A stretch of DNA of 58,082 nucleotides from Clostridium sp. CAG:508 (GCA_000435755.1 FR889081.1:24466-82547), one strand, 5' to 3'; shown: positions 1 to 10,194, numbered from the stretch's first letter. Program-made: numbers and translations. The notes: a model not told the origin generated them from the letters alone.

Positions 1-364
1 CTGGACAGTCTATTAAAATATAGTCAAATTCTTCTTTTAATTTTTCTGTTAATTCTTTCATTTGTTCTTCATTTATTGCACTTTTATCTCTTGTTTGAGC
101 TGCTGGAAGTAAAAACAACTCTTCAAAACGTTTATCTTTTATAAGAGCTTGTCTTAATTTACATTTTTCTTCTACAACGTCTACAATGTCGTAAACTATT
201 CTGTTTTCTAGTCCCATTACAACATCAAGGTTTCTTAAACCAATATCAGTATCAACTAATACTACTTTTTTACCTCTTAATGCTAAAGCGGACCCAACAT
301 TTGCTGTAGTTGTAGTTTTTCCAACTCCACCTTTTCCAGATGTTATTACTATAACTTCTCCCAT
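1..364 (-). CDS. minD: Septum site-determining ATPase MinD, N-terminal ~121 codons (gene continues past window start)
   Basis: Not in ORF track (truncated). Reverse translation from ATG at 362-364 gives MGEVIVITSGKGGVGKTTTTANVGSALALRGKKVVLVDTDIGLRNLDVVMGLENRIVYD..., with the deviant Walker A KGGVGKT of MinD/ParA. AGGAGG RBS at 370-375. Confidence 0.9.
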   Translation of the reverse strand, partial: MGEVIVITSGKGGVGKTTTTANVGSALALRGKKVVLVDTDIGLRNLDVVMGLENRIVYDIVDVVEEKCKLRQALIKDKRFEELFLLPAAQTRDKSAINEEQMKELTEKLKEEFDYILIDCP

Positions 365-463
365 GATTTCCTCCTTAAATTTGGATATTATTTATTTTAA
401 AAATGCAATATTAACAGTTTGTATTATATAACAGATTCTGGTAAAAATCAATGTGTAGAGCAC

Positions 464-503
464 AAAAAACTGTGCAATTCTAAATTTTATTAGAATTGCA
501 CAG
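464..503 (-). terminator. Rho-independent terminator after the FGE-like gene
   Basis: 13-bp perfect stem ctgtgcaattcta (470-482) / tagaattgcacag (491-503). The A-run at 464-469 gives a U-run on the minus-strand transcript. Confidence 0.7.
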
Positions 504-536
504 TTTTGTATTGAATTCTATTTGTAAAGTGTGACT

Positions 537-1805
537 CTAAAACCTATATAACCGTAAAACACCCACATAGTTACTACGTTCGGCTGCCGGAAAGCTAGAA
601 GATTTATAACAACACAATCCTCCTCTAAGTACATAAGGAGTCTTTGATATAAAAGTATTTTCTAAGGTCCATTCAGCCACATTTCCCGCTAAATTATATA
701 TATTCATTTTCTTACATGCATCACTTGCTCCTGTAGTTAATAGTACTCCATCCCCATCACTATTTTGAACTTGTTTTACACTATTACTGTTTACAAAGTT
801 TCTGCTAGTCGTTTGATTATATGGCGTCCAAGTTGTTGATAATGAATGAGTTTTAAATTCTGCATATTTCCCCCTATTTATCATAAATGTCGAATCTCTA
901 TAGTTTCCCCAAGTTCCACTATTAGTTCTTAAAGCGCTTTGTATTTTCGCTAACGTTGTTCCTTTTTTAACCTCTTTTACTTCTATATGTTTTAATACCA
1001 AATCCCATTGCACTCCAAATAGTAAACTACTGGTATAATCATCTGTTGTTAACATGTTTGCCGCTATTTGGGCATTGCCACACGTCACATAATTATACGG
1101 ATATACTGGTTTTTCTACAGTTCCTACTTTCGATAATGGTACTTCTGTTATTGGTGTACTGCTTGAAGTTCTATTCGTTTCTATTCCTGCTTCATATCTT
1201 CCTATCCAAAAGCCTCCATTTTCATATACACTTTTTAACATTTTTTGTCTCAGAGCCGTATATTGTACGTCTGTTAAGCCAAAATTTGACTCTGTAAAAT
1301 ATTCATCCTTAAAACTTGTTCCGTTCCTATAATAATTTGTATATTTATGCAAACAATATTCTATCTTATCATAATCTGTTGATTTTGTAGGTTTCTGGTC
1401 TGCTGTTGTTGTTTTTGTGTTATAGCTACTATCTGCATACAAGCTTTTAGGGACCTCTATCCATACATATTCATTTCCATTTGAATCTCGAATTACTAGT
1501 CCATCATTTAAGTTAGTATCTGGATCTTTCTCAAATGTATCATCTGGATAGTATGGTCTTGTGTCTTTTGTTCTTGGCAATTGTCGTTCAATTCTTTTTC
1601 CCTGTATCATATATATCTGCTCTTTTTTACTATTATCTTGTTCATATACTTCTTTTATTTTTATAAGTGTCTTTATTTGATTTCTTCTTGTAGCAACCGC
1701 TAACGAGAAAAGTGCAACTAATATTATTGTAAATGTTACTACTGCAATGGTAACATACATTGTCATAATACCTTTTTCACTTTTAACTTTATTTTTCATT
1801 TGCAT
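537..1805 (-). CDS. Membrane-anchored FGE-sulfatase (SUMF1/formylglycine-generating-enzyme-like) domain protein
   Basis: N-terminal TM helix (MYVTIAVVTFTIILVALFSLAVA). C-terminal motifs typical of the FGE-sulfatase fold: GGFWIGRYEAG, LFGVQWDLVLKH, NLAGNVAEWTLE, LRGG. Confidence 0.65.
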   Translation of the reverse strand: MQMKNKVKSEKGIMTMYVTIAVVTFTIILVALFSLAVATRRNQIKTLIKIKEVYEQDNSKKEQIYMIQGKRIERQLPRTKDTRPYYPDDTFEKDPDTNLNDGLVIRDSNGNEYVWIEVPKSLYADSSYNTKTTTADQKPTKSTDYDKIEYCLHKYTNYYRNGTSFKDEYFTESNFGLTDVQYTALRQKMLKSVYENGGFWIGRYEAGIETNRTSSSTPITEVPLSKVGTVEKPVYPYNYVTCGNAQIAANMLTTDDYTSSLLFGVQWDLVLKHIEVKEVKKGTTLAKIQSALRTNSGTWGNYRDSTFMINRGKYAEFKTHSLSTTWTPYNQTTSRNFVNSNSVKQVQNSDGDGVLLTTGASDACKKMNIYNLAGNVAEWTLENTFISKTPYVLRGGLCCYKSSSFPAAERSNYVGVLRLYRF

Positions 1806-1897
1806 ATTATCACTTTCCTTTACATTTTATATGTATATAATAATAAAAAAATACATTATTGTCAATTGTTTTCCAAAGTATATTATACCTTTTTTTC

Positions 1898-1926
1898 TTG
1901 ACATTATGCTTATTTAAGAATAAAAT
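1898..1926 (+). promoter_or_regulatory. Sigma-A type promoter of the por operon
   Basis: TTGACA (1898-1903), 17-nt spacer, TAAAAT (1921-1926). Lies about 40 nt upstream of the AGGAGG RBS and ATG at 1964. Confidence 0.55.
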
Positions 1927-1963
1927 AATACTTGAAAAATATTTAAGGAGGAATACTTAAACT

Positions 1964-2542
1964 ATGAAAGATTTAATTGAAATTAGATGGCATGGTAGAG
2001 GTGGTCAAGGTGCTAAAACAGCTTCTCTTTTACTTGCAGATGCTGCTTTTAACACTGGTAAATATATTCAAGGTTTTCCTGAATATGGTCCAGAAAGAAT
2101 GGGTGCTCCTATTACTGCATATAACCGTATTAGTAATACACCAATACGTATTCATAGTAATATATATGAACCAGATTATGTAGTAGTTGTTGACGATAGT
2201 TTGTTAGAAGCTGTTGATGTAACTGCTGGTTTAAAACCTGATGGTGCAATAGTTATAAACACTACAAAAAGTGGAAATGAATTAAAGCCTTTACTTAACG
2301 GATATACCGGAGATGTTTATACTATTGATGCAAGAAAAATATCATTAGAAACTTTAGGTAAATATTTTCCAAATACTCCTATGCTTGCTGCAATTGTAAA
2401 AGTAAGTGGAGTAATTGAAGAAAAAGACTTTTTAGCTGATATGGAAGGTTCCTTTAAACACAAATTTGCTAAAAAACCTGAAGTTATTGATGGAAATATG
2501 AAAGCTTTAGAAATGGCTTTAAAAGAAGTTAATAAAGTTTAG
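1964..2542 (+). CDS. porC: Pyruvate/2-oxoacid:ferredoxin oxidoreductase, gamma subunit
   Basis: IRWHGRGGQGAKTASLLLA... is typical of the POR/VOR gamma subunit. First gene of a gamma-delta-alpha-beta operon. Substrate (pyruvate vs ketoisovalerate) cannot be assigned from sequence alone. Confidence 0.85.
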   Translation: MKDLIEIRWHGRGGQGAKTASLLLADAAFNTGKYIQGFPEYGPERMGAPITAYNRISNTPIRIHSNIYEPDYVVVVDDSLLEAVDVTAGLKPDGAIVINTTKSGNELKPLLNGYTGDVYTIDARKISLETLGKYFPNTPMLAAIVKVSGVIEEKDFLADMEGSFKHKFAKKPEVIDGNMKALEMALKEVNKV

Positions 2543-2556
2543 AAAGGATGGTTTAA

Positions 2557-2838
2557 ATGATTGATAAAAATACTCCAGCTTGTGATATGACTATTGGTGG
2601 TAATATTTATAAAGCTGGTAATGCTAGAGAATTTAAAACAGGTGACTGGAGAAGTGTTAAACCTATTTACATATCTGAGAAATGTACTCAATGTGGTTTA
2701 TGTTTTCCAGTTTGCCCTGATGATGCTATTCCTGTAAATAAAGAAGGAAAGCGTGAAGATTTTAATTATGATTATTGCAAAGGTTGTGGAGTTTGCGCTA
2801 AAGTGTGCCCATTCCATGCCATTGAAATGACTGAGTAA
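2557..2838 (+). CDS. porD: 2-oxoacid:ferredoxin oxidoreductase, delta subunit (2x[4Fe-4S])
   Basis: Two ferredoxin Cys clusters, CTQCGLCFPVCP and CKGCGVCAKVCP. Size (93 aa) and position fit the delta subunit. Confidence 0.85.
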   Translation: MIDKNTPACDMTIGGNIYKAGNAREFKTGDWRSVKPIYISEKCTQCGLCFPVCPDDAIPVNKEGKREDFNYDYCKGCGVCAKVCPFHAIEMTE

Positions 2839-2851
2839 AGGAGATTATAGT

Positions 2852-4033
2852 ATGGGAATTAGAGAAAGATTAAGTGGAAATGAAGCTGCCGCTATTGCTA
2901 TGAAACAAATAAATCCAGATGTTGTAGCTGCCTTTCCTATAACACCTTCAACAGAAATACCTCAATATTTTTCTACTTTTGTTAGTAATGGCACTGTAGA
3001 TACAGAATTTGTTGCTGTTGAAAGTGAGCATAGTGCTATGAGTGCTTGTGTTGGTGCAGAAGCTGCTGGTGCAAGAGCTATGACTGCTACTTCTGCTAAT
3101 GGTTTATCATATATGTGGGAAATGATATATATTGCGTCCAGCTTAAGACTTCCTATTGTTATGAGCTTAGTAAATAGAGCTGTTTCAGGTCCATTAAATA
3201 TTCACAATGACCATTCAGATGCAATGGGTGTAAGAGATGCTGGATGGATTATGTTATTTTCTGAAAATAACCAAGAAGCATATGACAACTTAATTATGGC
3301 TCATAGAATTGCTGAAAATAAGGATGTTTTATTACCTTTAATGGTATGTCAAGATGGATTTATTACTTCTCATTCAATTGAGAATATCGAACTAATTGAA
3401 GATGATAAAGTTAAAGAATTTGTTGGAACATATAACCCAGAACATTATTTATTAAATGATAAAGAGCCAATTGCTGTTGGTCCATTAGATGTTCAATCAT
3501 ATTTATTTGAACATAAATATCAACAAGCTGAGGCAATGAGAAATGCTAAAAAAGTTATTTTAGAAGTTGCCAAAGACTTTGAAAAAATGACTGGTAGAAA
3601 ATATTCATTTTTTGAAGAATATAGAATGGAAGATGCAGAAATTGCTGTTGTTTGTATGAACTCAACTGCTGGAACTACTAAAACAGTTGTAGATGAGTTA
3701 AGAGAAAAAGGAATTAAAGCTGGTATGGTTAAGGTTCGTGTGTTTAGACCTTTCCCTGCAGAAGAAATTGCTGAAGCTTTAGGAAATTTAAAAGCTGTTG
3801 CAATAATGGACAAAGCTGATTCTTTAAATGCTATGGGTGGTGCATTATATGAAGATGTTATCTCAAGCATGTATACAGCTAAAAAGCAGGTTCCTGCTGT
3901 AAGCTATGTTTATGGTATTGGTGGTAGAGATACTACAAGTAATAATATTCATGAAGTATTTAATTATTTAGCACAAGTTGCTAAAACTGGTGAAATTGAT
4001 AATCCATATCGTTATGTAGGATTAAGAAAGTGA
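2852..4033 (+). CDS. porA: 2-oxoacid:ferredoxin oxidoreductase, alpha subunit
   Basis: LSGNEAAAIAMKQINPDVVAAFPITPSTEI... is an alpha-subunit N-terminus. 393 aa, operon context. Confidence 0.85.
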   Translation: MGIRERLSGNEAAAIAMKQINPDVVAAFPITPSTEIPQYFSTFVSNGTVDTEFVAVESEHSAMSACVGAEAAGARAMTATSANGLSYMWEMIYIASSLRLPIVMSLVNRAVSGPLNIHNDHSDAMGVRDAGWIMLFSENNQEAYDNLIMAHRIAENKDVLLPLMVCQDGFITSHSIENIELIEDDKVKEFVGTYNPEHYLLNDKEPIAVGPLDVQSYLFEHKYQQAEAMRNAKKVILEVAKDFEKMTGRKYSFFEEYRMEDAEIAVVCMNSTAGTTKTVVDELREKGIKAGMVKVRVFRPFPAEEIAEALGNLKAVAIMDKADSLNAMGGALYEDVISSMYTAKKQVPAVSYVYGIGGRDTTSNNIHEVFNYLAQVAKTGEIDNPYRYVGLRK

Positions 4034-4043
4034 GGAAAATTTT

Positions 4044-4994
4044 ATGGCATATAATTTAAAAGAAGTAATGGCAAATAAGCCATCTAGATTTACAGCTGGT
4101 CACAGAATGTGTGCTGGTTGTGGTGCCCCACCTATTGCTCGTATGGTTTTAAGAGCTTTAAAACCAGAAGATCATGCAGTAATTAGTAATGCTACTGGTT
4201 GTATGGAAGTTTCAAGTTTTATATATCCATATACTTCTTGGACTGACTCATATATCCACACAGCTTTTGAAAATGCAGCATCTACTTGTTCTGGTGTAGA
4301 AGCAGCTTATCGTTCATTAAAAAAACAAGGCAAATTGCCTAGTGATAAAACTACTAAATTTATTACATTTGGTGGAGATGGTGGAACTTATGATATAGGT
4401 ATCCAAAGTTTATCAGGTGCTATGGAAAGAGGTCATGATATGGTATATGTATGTTATGATAATGGTGCCTATATGAATACTGGTATTCAACGTTCTTCTG
4501 CTACTCCAAAGTTTGCAGATACTACAACTTCACCTGCTGGAACAGTTATACCTGGCAAAATGCAGTCCAGAAAAGATTTGACAGAAGTTATGGAGGCACA
4601 TCATTTACCATATGTAGCACAAACTATTGCTTATGCAAATTTTAAAGATCTATATGAAAAGGCTGAAAAAGCTATTTATACAGAAGGTCCATGTTTCTTA
4701 AATGTATTATCACCTTGTCCAAGAGGCTGGGGATATCCAACAGATATGTTAATGCAAATAAACAAATTAGCTGTTGAGACATGCTATTGGCCTTTATATG
4801 AAGTAATTGATGGCAGATATGTAATAAATTATAAACCTGCTAAAAAATTACCTATTGAAGAATTTTTAAAACCTCAAAAACGTTTTAAACATATGTTTAA
4901 ACCTGGTAATGAATGGATGATAGAAGAGTTTCAAAAAGAAGTAGATAAACGTTGGGAAGCTCTTTTAAAACTTGAAGAAACAACAAATAGCTAA
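4044..4994 (+). CDS. porB: 2-oxoacid:ferredoxin oxidoreductase, beta subunit (TPP-binding)
   Basis: CAGCG Fe-S ligand motif and TPP-binding GGDGGTYDIG...YDNGAYMNTG. Operon context. Confidence 0.85.
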   Translation: MAYNLKEVMANKPSRFTAGHRMCAGCGAPPIARMVLRALKPEDHAVISNATGCMEVSSFIYPYTSWTDSYIHTAFENAASTCSGVEAAYRSLKKQGKLPSDKTTKFITFGGDGGTYDIGIQSLSGAMERGHDMVYVCYDNGAYMNTGIQRSSATPKFADTTTSPAGTVIPGKMQSRKDLTEVMEAHHLPYVAQTIAYANFKDLYEKAEKAIYTEGPCFLNVLSPCPRGWGYPTDMLMQINKLAVETCYWPLYEVIDGRYVINYKPAKKLPIEEFLKPQKRFKHMFKPGNEWMIEEFQKEVDKRWEALLKLEETTNS

Positions 4995-4995
4995 G

Positions 4996-5026
4996 AAAAA
5001 ACTCGGCTGTGAGCCGAGCTTTTTTG
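4996..5026. terminator. Bidirectional Rho-independent terminator shared by porB and the convergent ferredoxin gene
   Basis: GC-rich stem ctcggct (5002-5008) / agccgag (5012-5018), flanked by an A-run (4996-5000) and a T-run (5020-5025). Confidence 0.85.
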
Positions 5027-5034
5027 TTATTATT

Positions 5035-5211
5035 TTATTCTTCGTTTGGTTCTGGTGCACCAACTGGGCAAACACCTTCGCATGTTCCGCATGAGATACA
5101 TGCGTCTTTGTTTATTACATATTTATCTTCACCTTGTGAAATGCAAGATACTGGACAACTTGCAGCACATGCTCCACAGCTGATACATTTGTCTGTAATT
5201 TTATATGCCAT
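5035..5211 (-). CDS. fdx: 2x[4Fe-4S] clostridial-type ferredoxin (58 aa), missing from the ORF track
   Basis: Reverse translation: MAYKITDKCISCGACAASCPVSCISQGEDKYVINKDACISCGTCEGVCPVGAPEPNEE*. Contains two CxxCxxCxxxCP motifs. The plus-strand ORF 5009-5248 is its antisense shadow. Confidence 0.9.
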   Translation of the reverse strand: MAYKITDKCISCGACAASCPVSCISQGEDKYVINKDACISCGTCEGVCPVGAPEPNEE

Positions 5212-5244
5212 TTATTTCACCACCTCTCATTTTTATATCTATTA

Positions 5245-6168
5245 TTAAATATCATCATCATCTGATTTTGCTCGTTCATCTAGTTTTTCTAATTTTTCTA
5301 ATTCTGCTAACTCTTTTGCATGTTCTTTTTCTTCTGGGTCTATCTCTTCTCTTCCAATATTTTTTATAATTTTTACCTCAGATGCTGGGTATCTTTTATA
5401 AAAAGTGTCATCTCCATCTTTAAATTTTACACGTATTATTTCTTTTAGTGTTTGTATTGAGTCAACTGTTCCTTCCCCATCTTCCGTTTTTACAATTGCT
5501 CCAATTTTAGGAAGTCTTTTTAATTTATCTTCATATACGTTTTGCTCATATTTTAAGCAACACATAAGTCTTCCACAATTTCCTGATATTTTAGATGGAT
5601 TTAGTGAAACATTTTGCTCTTTTGCCATTTTTATAGATACTGCCTCAAAATTATCTAAAAATGAACAACAGCAAAGTTCTCTACCACACACACCATTGCC
5701 ACCTATTTTTTTAACTTCGTCTCTTACTCCAATTTGTCTTAATTCGATTCTTGTTCTAAAAACAGCTGCTAGGTCTTTTACTAATTCTCTAAAGTCTATT
5801 CTTCCATCTGCTGTAAAGAAAAATATAATTTTACTATTGTCAAATTTATATTCAACTTCAGTTAAATTCATGTCTAACTTATATTTTTTTATTTTTTCTT
5901 GAGCAATTTTAAAAGCTTCTTTTTCCTTTTCTCTATTTGCTTCATCAATTTGTATGTCCTTTGGTGTTGCTATACGAATTACCTTTTTTAAAGGTGCTGT
6001 TAAACTAGATTCTTCTATTTCTCTAACACCTGTAGTAACATTTCCAATCTCTTGTCCTTGGCTAGTTTCTACTATCACTTTTTGACCTTTTTCTATATTT
6101 AATTTATCCGGATCAAAAAAATATACTTTTCCTGGTTTTCTAAATCTAACCCCTACTATCTTTTTCAA
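5245..6168 (-). CDS. ricT: PSP1-domain protein YaaT/RicT (stage 0 sporulation / RNase Y regulatory complex)
   Basis: N-terminus VGVRFRKPGKVYFFDP plus the Cys cluster GGNGVCGRELCCCSF...GNCGRLMCCLKYE, typical of YaaT. Conserved yaaT-holB neighbourhood. Confidence 0.85.
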   Translation of the reverse strand: MKKIVGVRFRKPGKVYFFDPDKLNIEKGQKVIVETSQGQEIGNVTTGVREIEESSLTAPLKKVIRIATPKDIQIDEANREKEKEAFKIAQEKIKKYKLDMNLTEVEYKFDNSKIIFFFTADGRIDFRELVKDLAAVFRTRIELRQIGVRDEVKKIGGNGVCGRELCCCSFLDNFEAVSIKMAKEQNVSLNPSKISGNCGRLMCCLKYEQNVYEDKLKRLPKIGAIVKTEDGEGTVDSIQTLKEIIRVKFKDGDDTFYKRYPASEVKIIKNIGREEIDPEEKEHAKELAELEKLEKLDERAKSDDDDI

Positions 6169-7103
6169 TTAACTTCCTCCCATAGTTTTAGTAATAAGTT
6201 ATCAATTGACATATCATAATTAGCATTTGCTAATATTCTTTGTTTTGTCTGTTCTATTATTTGTATTCCATTTATATAATTTGCTTTATGCTTATTTTTT
6301 ATAGCATTATATATCACTATTTCCATATAATCTAGCAAATCAATAATTTCATCTTTGGCAGAATATAGCACATCTGCTTTTCTCCAAATTTGTGTTATGT
6401 CTTGTTTATCTAATATGCCTATTAACTGCTCTATTTGCATATATTGTTCTTTTGAATCATTTATTTTTAATGCTTTGCCAATACTACCTTCACAATGTTT
6501 TAACATATTTTCTGTAATGTCTGAATTTATACCATTTTGTTTTAAATAGTTTATTATTTTTTTCTCTGGTATTGGTTCAAAATATAGCTTCATACATCTT
6601 GACTTTATTGTTGTTAATAGCTTGCTTTCATTTGAAGTTGTCAAAATAATAACTACATATTCTGGTGGTTCTTCTAAAGTTTTAAGTAAGCTATTGGCTG
6701 CTTCTCTAGTCATTGTTTCTGCTTGCGATATTAAATATACTTTTTTACTTGAAGTTACAGGTTTTTCTTGTGCTTTTTCTTGTAAAAATCTCACTTGCTC
6801 TATTTTTATGGCTTTTCCATCTTCTGGTGCTATTTGTAAAAAGTCAGGATGGCTTTCTCCATTAAATTCCAAACAAGATTTGCATTGATTACAGGGTTTG
6901 TTTGTTTCATTACTGCATAATATCATTTTTGCGAACTCTTTTGCAAATAAGTTTTTTCCTATTCCTTCTTGTCCTACAAACATATAGCTATGTAGTACAT
7001 TGTTATTTTTTACTGTTGTTTCAAGTATCTGTTTTATTTTTTCATTTCCTATTAAATTTTCAAAAGACATTTTTATACCTTTCCAAATAAATTTAATGGC
7101 CAA
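6165..7103 (-). CDS. holB: DNA polymerase III delta-prime subunit
   Basis: HSYMFVGQEGIGKNLFAKEFAKMILC (AAA+ P-loop-like), zinc module CNQCKSC, SRC motif (IKSRC). 4-nt overlap with yaaT. Confidence 0.85.
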   Translation of the reverse strand: MAIKFIWKGIKMSFENLIGNEKIKQILETTVKNNNVLHSYMFVGQEGIGKNLFAKEFAKMILCSNETNKPCNQCKSCLEFNGESHPDFLQIAPEDGKAIKIEQVRFLQEKAQEKPVTSSKKVYLISQAETMTREAANSLLKTLEEPPEYVVIILTTSNESKLLTTIKSRCMKLYFEPIPEKKIINYLKQNGINSDITENMLKHCEGSIGKALKINDSKEQYMQIEQLIGILDKQDITQIWRKADVLYSAKDEIIDLLDYMEIVIYNAIKNKHKANYINGIQIIEQTKQRILANANYDMSIDNLLLKLWEEVN

Positions 7104-7726
7104 AATCTAATCCAAACTTTGCTTTCAACTTTTTCTACTGGAACACATCCAAAAGCTCTACAGTCTGTAGATTGACTTCTATTATCTCCCATTGCAAAAA
7201 CATATCCTTCTGGTACTGTAAATTCAGAAAAATAATTATAGTTTTTTGCATCAACTGTTGTAACTACATTTGGTTGTAAGTATGGTTCTTCTAATTCTGT
7301 TCCATTTATATATACTTTACCATTTTCAATTTTTACATGTTCACCAGGTAATGCAATTACTCTTTTTATATAGCTTTCTTTTCCTATTTCTAGCACATAG
7401 TATACAAATTTACTCCACCAATTTGTTGGTTCTTTTTCATATTTAGCTACTGGATTTTGTAAGTCTACTTCTAGGCTATTGCTATATGCCACTTTACTAG
7501 GTGCTTCAAATGTAATTATTTCTCCTCTTTGTGGCATTTCATTTATTGTTCTCATCCATCTATTTAGTATTAGTCTTTGCCCTGGCATCAATGTTGGTTT
7601 CATTGAAACTTGACTTACAATTGTAGGTGTTCCTACAAAATATTTAACTACAATTGCTAAAACAAATGCAATTACAATACATAAAATCCACTCTAATATA
7701 TCACGTGTTTTGTCACTAATAGTCAT
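7073..7726 (-). CDS. lepB: Signal peptidase I (S26 family)
   Basis: N-terminal TM helix, catalytic Ser box SMKPTL, and GDNRSQSTDCRAFG box E. Confidence 0.85.
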   Translation of the reverse strand: MTISDKTRDILEWILCIVIAFVLAIVVKYFVGTPTIVSQVSMKPTLMPGQRLILNRWMRTINEMPQRGEIITFEAPSKVAYSNSLEVDLQNPVAKYEKEPTNWWSKFVYYVLEIGKESYIKRVIALPGEHVKIENGKVYINGTELEEPYLQPNVVTTVDAKNYNYFSEFTVPEGYVFAMGDNRSQSTDCRAFGCVPVEKVESKVWIRFWPLNLFGKV

Positions 7727-7744
7727 TATGTTTTTACCCTCTTT

Positions 7745-9193
7745 CTATTTTTTATAAACTGGTATTCTAATTACAACTTCAGTACCTTTTCCTGCTTCAC
7801 TTTTTATATCAATACTTCCATTGTTTTGTTCTATAATTTCTTTTGCAATTGGAAGTCCTAGTCCAGTTCCACCAAGTTCTCTTGATCTTGCTTTATCTAC
7901 TCTATAAAATCTTTCAAATATTCTAGATAAATCTGCCTCTGGAATTCCAATTCCATTATCTATAACCTTAATATATGCGTCATTATATACGAATCCAACA
8001 TATACTTTGATTACACCATTTTCTGGAGTATATTTTATGGCATTAGAAATTATATTTAATATTACTCTTTCTATTCCATATTTGTCTGCATTTACTGGTG
8101 GTACATTTGCTGTTACAAAACATTCAACATTATGATTTTTCTTTTCCACCTCAAAACGTAGTCTATCAATACAATTTTTCGTTAGTTCTCCTAAATCAAA
8201 TACAGATTCTTCTTTTGTTACTTTTTTATTATCATATCTAGAAAGCACTAGCAAGTCTGTAACAAGTCTTGCCATTCTTCTAGCTTCTGAGCTAATAACT
8301 TCTAAGAACTTAGTTTGCATTTCTTTGTCATAGTCACTCTCAAGTAAAGTATCTGCATATCCCATTATTGATGTAATAGGTGTTTTTAATTCATGTGATA
8401 CATCTGCTACAAACTCTTTTCTCATATTGTCTAGTTTTACATGTTCTGTAATATCTTGAATTACTACTATTACTCCCTCTGGCTTGTCACTTTCATCTTG
8501 GAAAGGTGCAAATAATAGGTTAATATATTTTTCTCCTATATTTAGTCTTTGTTCTGATGAAGTCCAATTTTCTAAATATACTATTTTCTCTAAGTTTATA
8601 TCTGTATTAAATTTTGTGAATATACTATTAAATGTGTTTTTTTCATTAGTTAAATTTAATAATTGTATTGCTGCTGGGTTTATATGAATAATATTGCCCT
8701 CCATGTCAAAGGCAATAATTCCGTCTGTCATATGTAATAAAATAGTTTCAATTTGTCTTTTTTGTCTAGCTACTTCATTTAAATTCTGCTTTAGTTCATT
8801 TGTCATTAAATTAAAGGCATTTGATAGTTCTGATATTTGTGTTTGATTTTTATTTTGCTCTTTAAATTCAACTTCTTCACCATTTGCAATTTTTTCTGCG
8901 TTTTCAATTAGATTGTCTATTGGTTTTACTATTGCTTTATGTATAAAATACCCTACTAACACAGTAATAATGGCAAAAACGCCTATTGCAATTGCCATTA
9001 TTAATAATGTTTGTGATGTTTTTTCAGCTATTATTGTATTTATTTCTGTATTTGCTGTTTCAATTTGCTTTAAACTATTTATATTTAAAAATGATAATGC
9101 ACCAATTATAATTATTCCTATTATGAAAAAAATTAGTATAATTTTTGTTTGTATACTTTTTATCATTTTTGGTTTCCTTCCTTCAAGGTACAA
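7745..9193 (-). CDS. Sensor histidine kinase (2 TM, HAMP, PAS, HisKA, HATPase), WalK/PhoR-like
   Basis: H-box VSHELKTPITSIMGYADTL, N-box ILNIISNAIKYT, G-boxes DNGIGIP and GGTGLGLPIAKEI. Short (~25 aa) extracytoplasmic loop. The start may be the internal MIKSIQ at 9166. Confidence 0.85.
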   Translation of the reverse strand: MYLEGRKPKMIKSIQTKIILIFFIIGIIIIGALSFLNINSLKQIETANTEINTIIAEKTSQTLLIMAIAIGVFAIITVLVGYFIHKAIVKPIDNLIENAEKIANGEEVEFKEQNKNQTQISELSNAFNLMTNELKQNLNEVARQKRQIETILLHMTDGIIAFDMEGNIIHINPAAIQLLNLTNEKNTFNSIFTKFNTDINLEKIVYLENWTSSEQRLNIGEKYINLLFAPFQDESDKPEGVIVVIQDITEHVKLDNMRKEFVADVSHELKTPITSIMGYADTLLESDYDKEMQTKFLEVISSEARRMARLVTDLLVLSRYDNKKVTKEESVFDLGELTKNCIDRLRFEVEKKNHNVECFVTANVPPVNADKYGIERVILNIISNAIKYTPENGVIKVYVGFVYNDAYIKVIDNGIGIPEADLSRIFERFYRVDKARSRELGGTGLGLPIAKEIIEQNNGSIDIKSEAGKGTEVVIRIPVYKK

Positions 9194-9220
9194 ATCTGGT
9201 TAGAAAAGACTGGTAATTAT

Positions 9221-10018
9221 TTAGTTGGTTGCTAAATAATATCCAACTCCTCTTTTGGTAATTAAAATCTTTGGAGCTGATGTGTCTTTTTCGATTTTTT
9301 CTCTTATTCTTCTTACTGTAACATCTACTGTTCTAATATCTCCATAATATTCATAGCCCCATACTTTTTCAAGTAAAGTTTCCCTTGTTACTACTTGGCC
9401 GGGCTGATTTGCTAAATATTTTAATACCTCAAATTCTCTTAAAGTTAAATCAATTATTTTTCCTCTAACTTTAACTTCAAACCTTTCTGTATCTAAAATT
9501 AAATCACCTAATTCTATTACAACGTTTTCTTTTTTAGGTTTTTCTACATTTGCTGAGTTTTGTACTTGAACTTCAGCTTTTCTCAAGTTTGCTTTTACTC
9601 TTGCCATTAGTTCTCTTACACTAAATGGTTTTGTTATATAGTCATCTGCTCCTAGCTCTAAGCCTAGTATTTTGTCAATTTCTTCATCTTTTGCAGATAA
9701 TATTAGAATAGGCACATTTAGTATATGTCTTAATTTTTTGCATACAGTTAGTCCATCTATTTTTGGAAGCATAATATCTAATAAAATTAAATCTGGTTTT
9801 TGTTCTGTTGCAATTCTTATTGCTTCTTCTCCATCATTAGCTTCTAAAGTAGCATACCCTTCTTTTTGTAAATTGTATGTTAAAATATCCACTATTGGTT
9901 TTTCATCATCTACTACAAGAATAGTTTTTTTAGATTCTTCTACGGAATTCAACTCTGTAGAATTTTCTTCTACTAAATTTAGATCTTCTTTTTTTAATTT
10001 TTCTTTATTATTCTCCAC
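9221..10018 (-). CDS. OmpR/PhoB-family response regulator (WalR/YycF-like) with ~30-aa acidic N-terminal extension
   Basis: Receiver ILVVDDEKPI...DLILLDIMLPKIDG...LSAKD, then winged helix LTLREFEVLKYLA...TVDVTVRRIREKIE...RGVGYYL. Immediately upstream of the kinase gene. Confidence 0.85.
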   Translation of the reverse strand: MENNKEKLKKEDLNLVEENSTELNSVEESKKTILVVDDEKPIVDILTYNLQKEGYATLEANDGEEAIRIATEQKPDLILLDIMLPKIDGLTVCKKLRHILNVPILILSAKDEEIDKILGLELGADDYITKPFSVRELMARVKANLRKAEVQVQNSANVEKPKKENVVIELGDLILDTERFEVKVRGKIIDLTLREFEVLKYLANQPGQVVTRETLLEKVWGYEYYGDIRTVDVTVRRIREKIEKDTSAPKILITKRGVGYYLATN

Positions 10019-10154
10019 AAAAAAGCCCTACCTTTCTTACTTTTAAGACTTATAACTTTGATACTATATTTATATCATAATAACTAATTTTGTACAAGTT
10101 TTTTTCAATAATTTTGTCACATTTTTGAAATAATTTTGAAATGATTTTGTAATA

Positions 10155-10188
10155 GAAAAAGAAGGCTACTTTCGTAACCCTCTTTTCT
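10155..10188 (-). terminator. Rho-independent terminator after the small GC-rich ORF
   Basis: Minus strand reads gagggttac-gaaa-gtagccttc followed by tttttc: a 9-bp stem with two G-U pairs and a GNRA-type loop. Confidence 0.6.
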
Positions 10189-10194
10189 TAGCAA

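Noticed and set aside
5009-5248. 79-aa plus-strand ORF in the track between porB and yaaT
   Set aside because: It is the antisense shadow of a textbook 2x[4Fe-4S] ferredoxin gene on the minus strand (5035-5211). That gene has an RBS and two CxxCxxCxxxCP motifs. The plus-strand product has no recognisable features.
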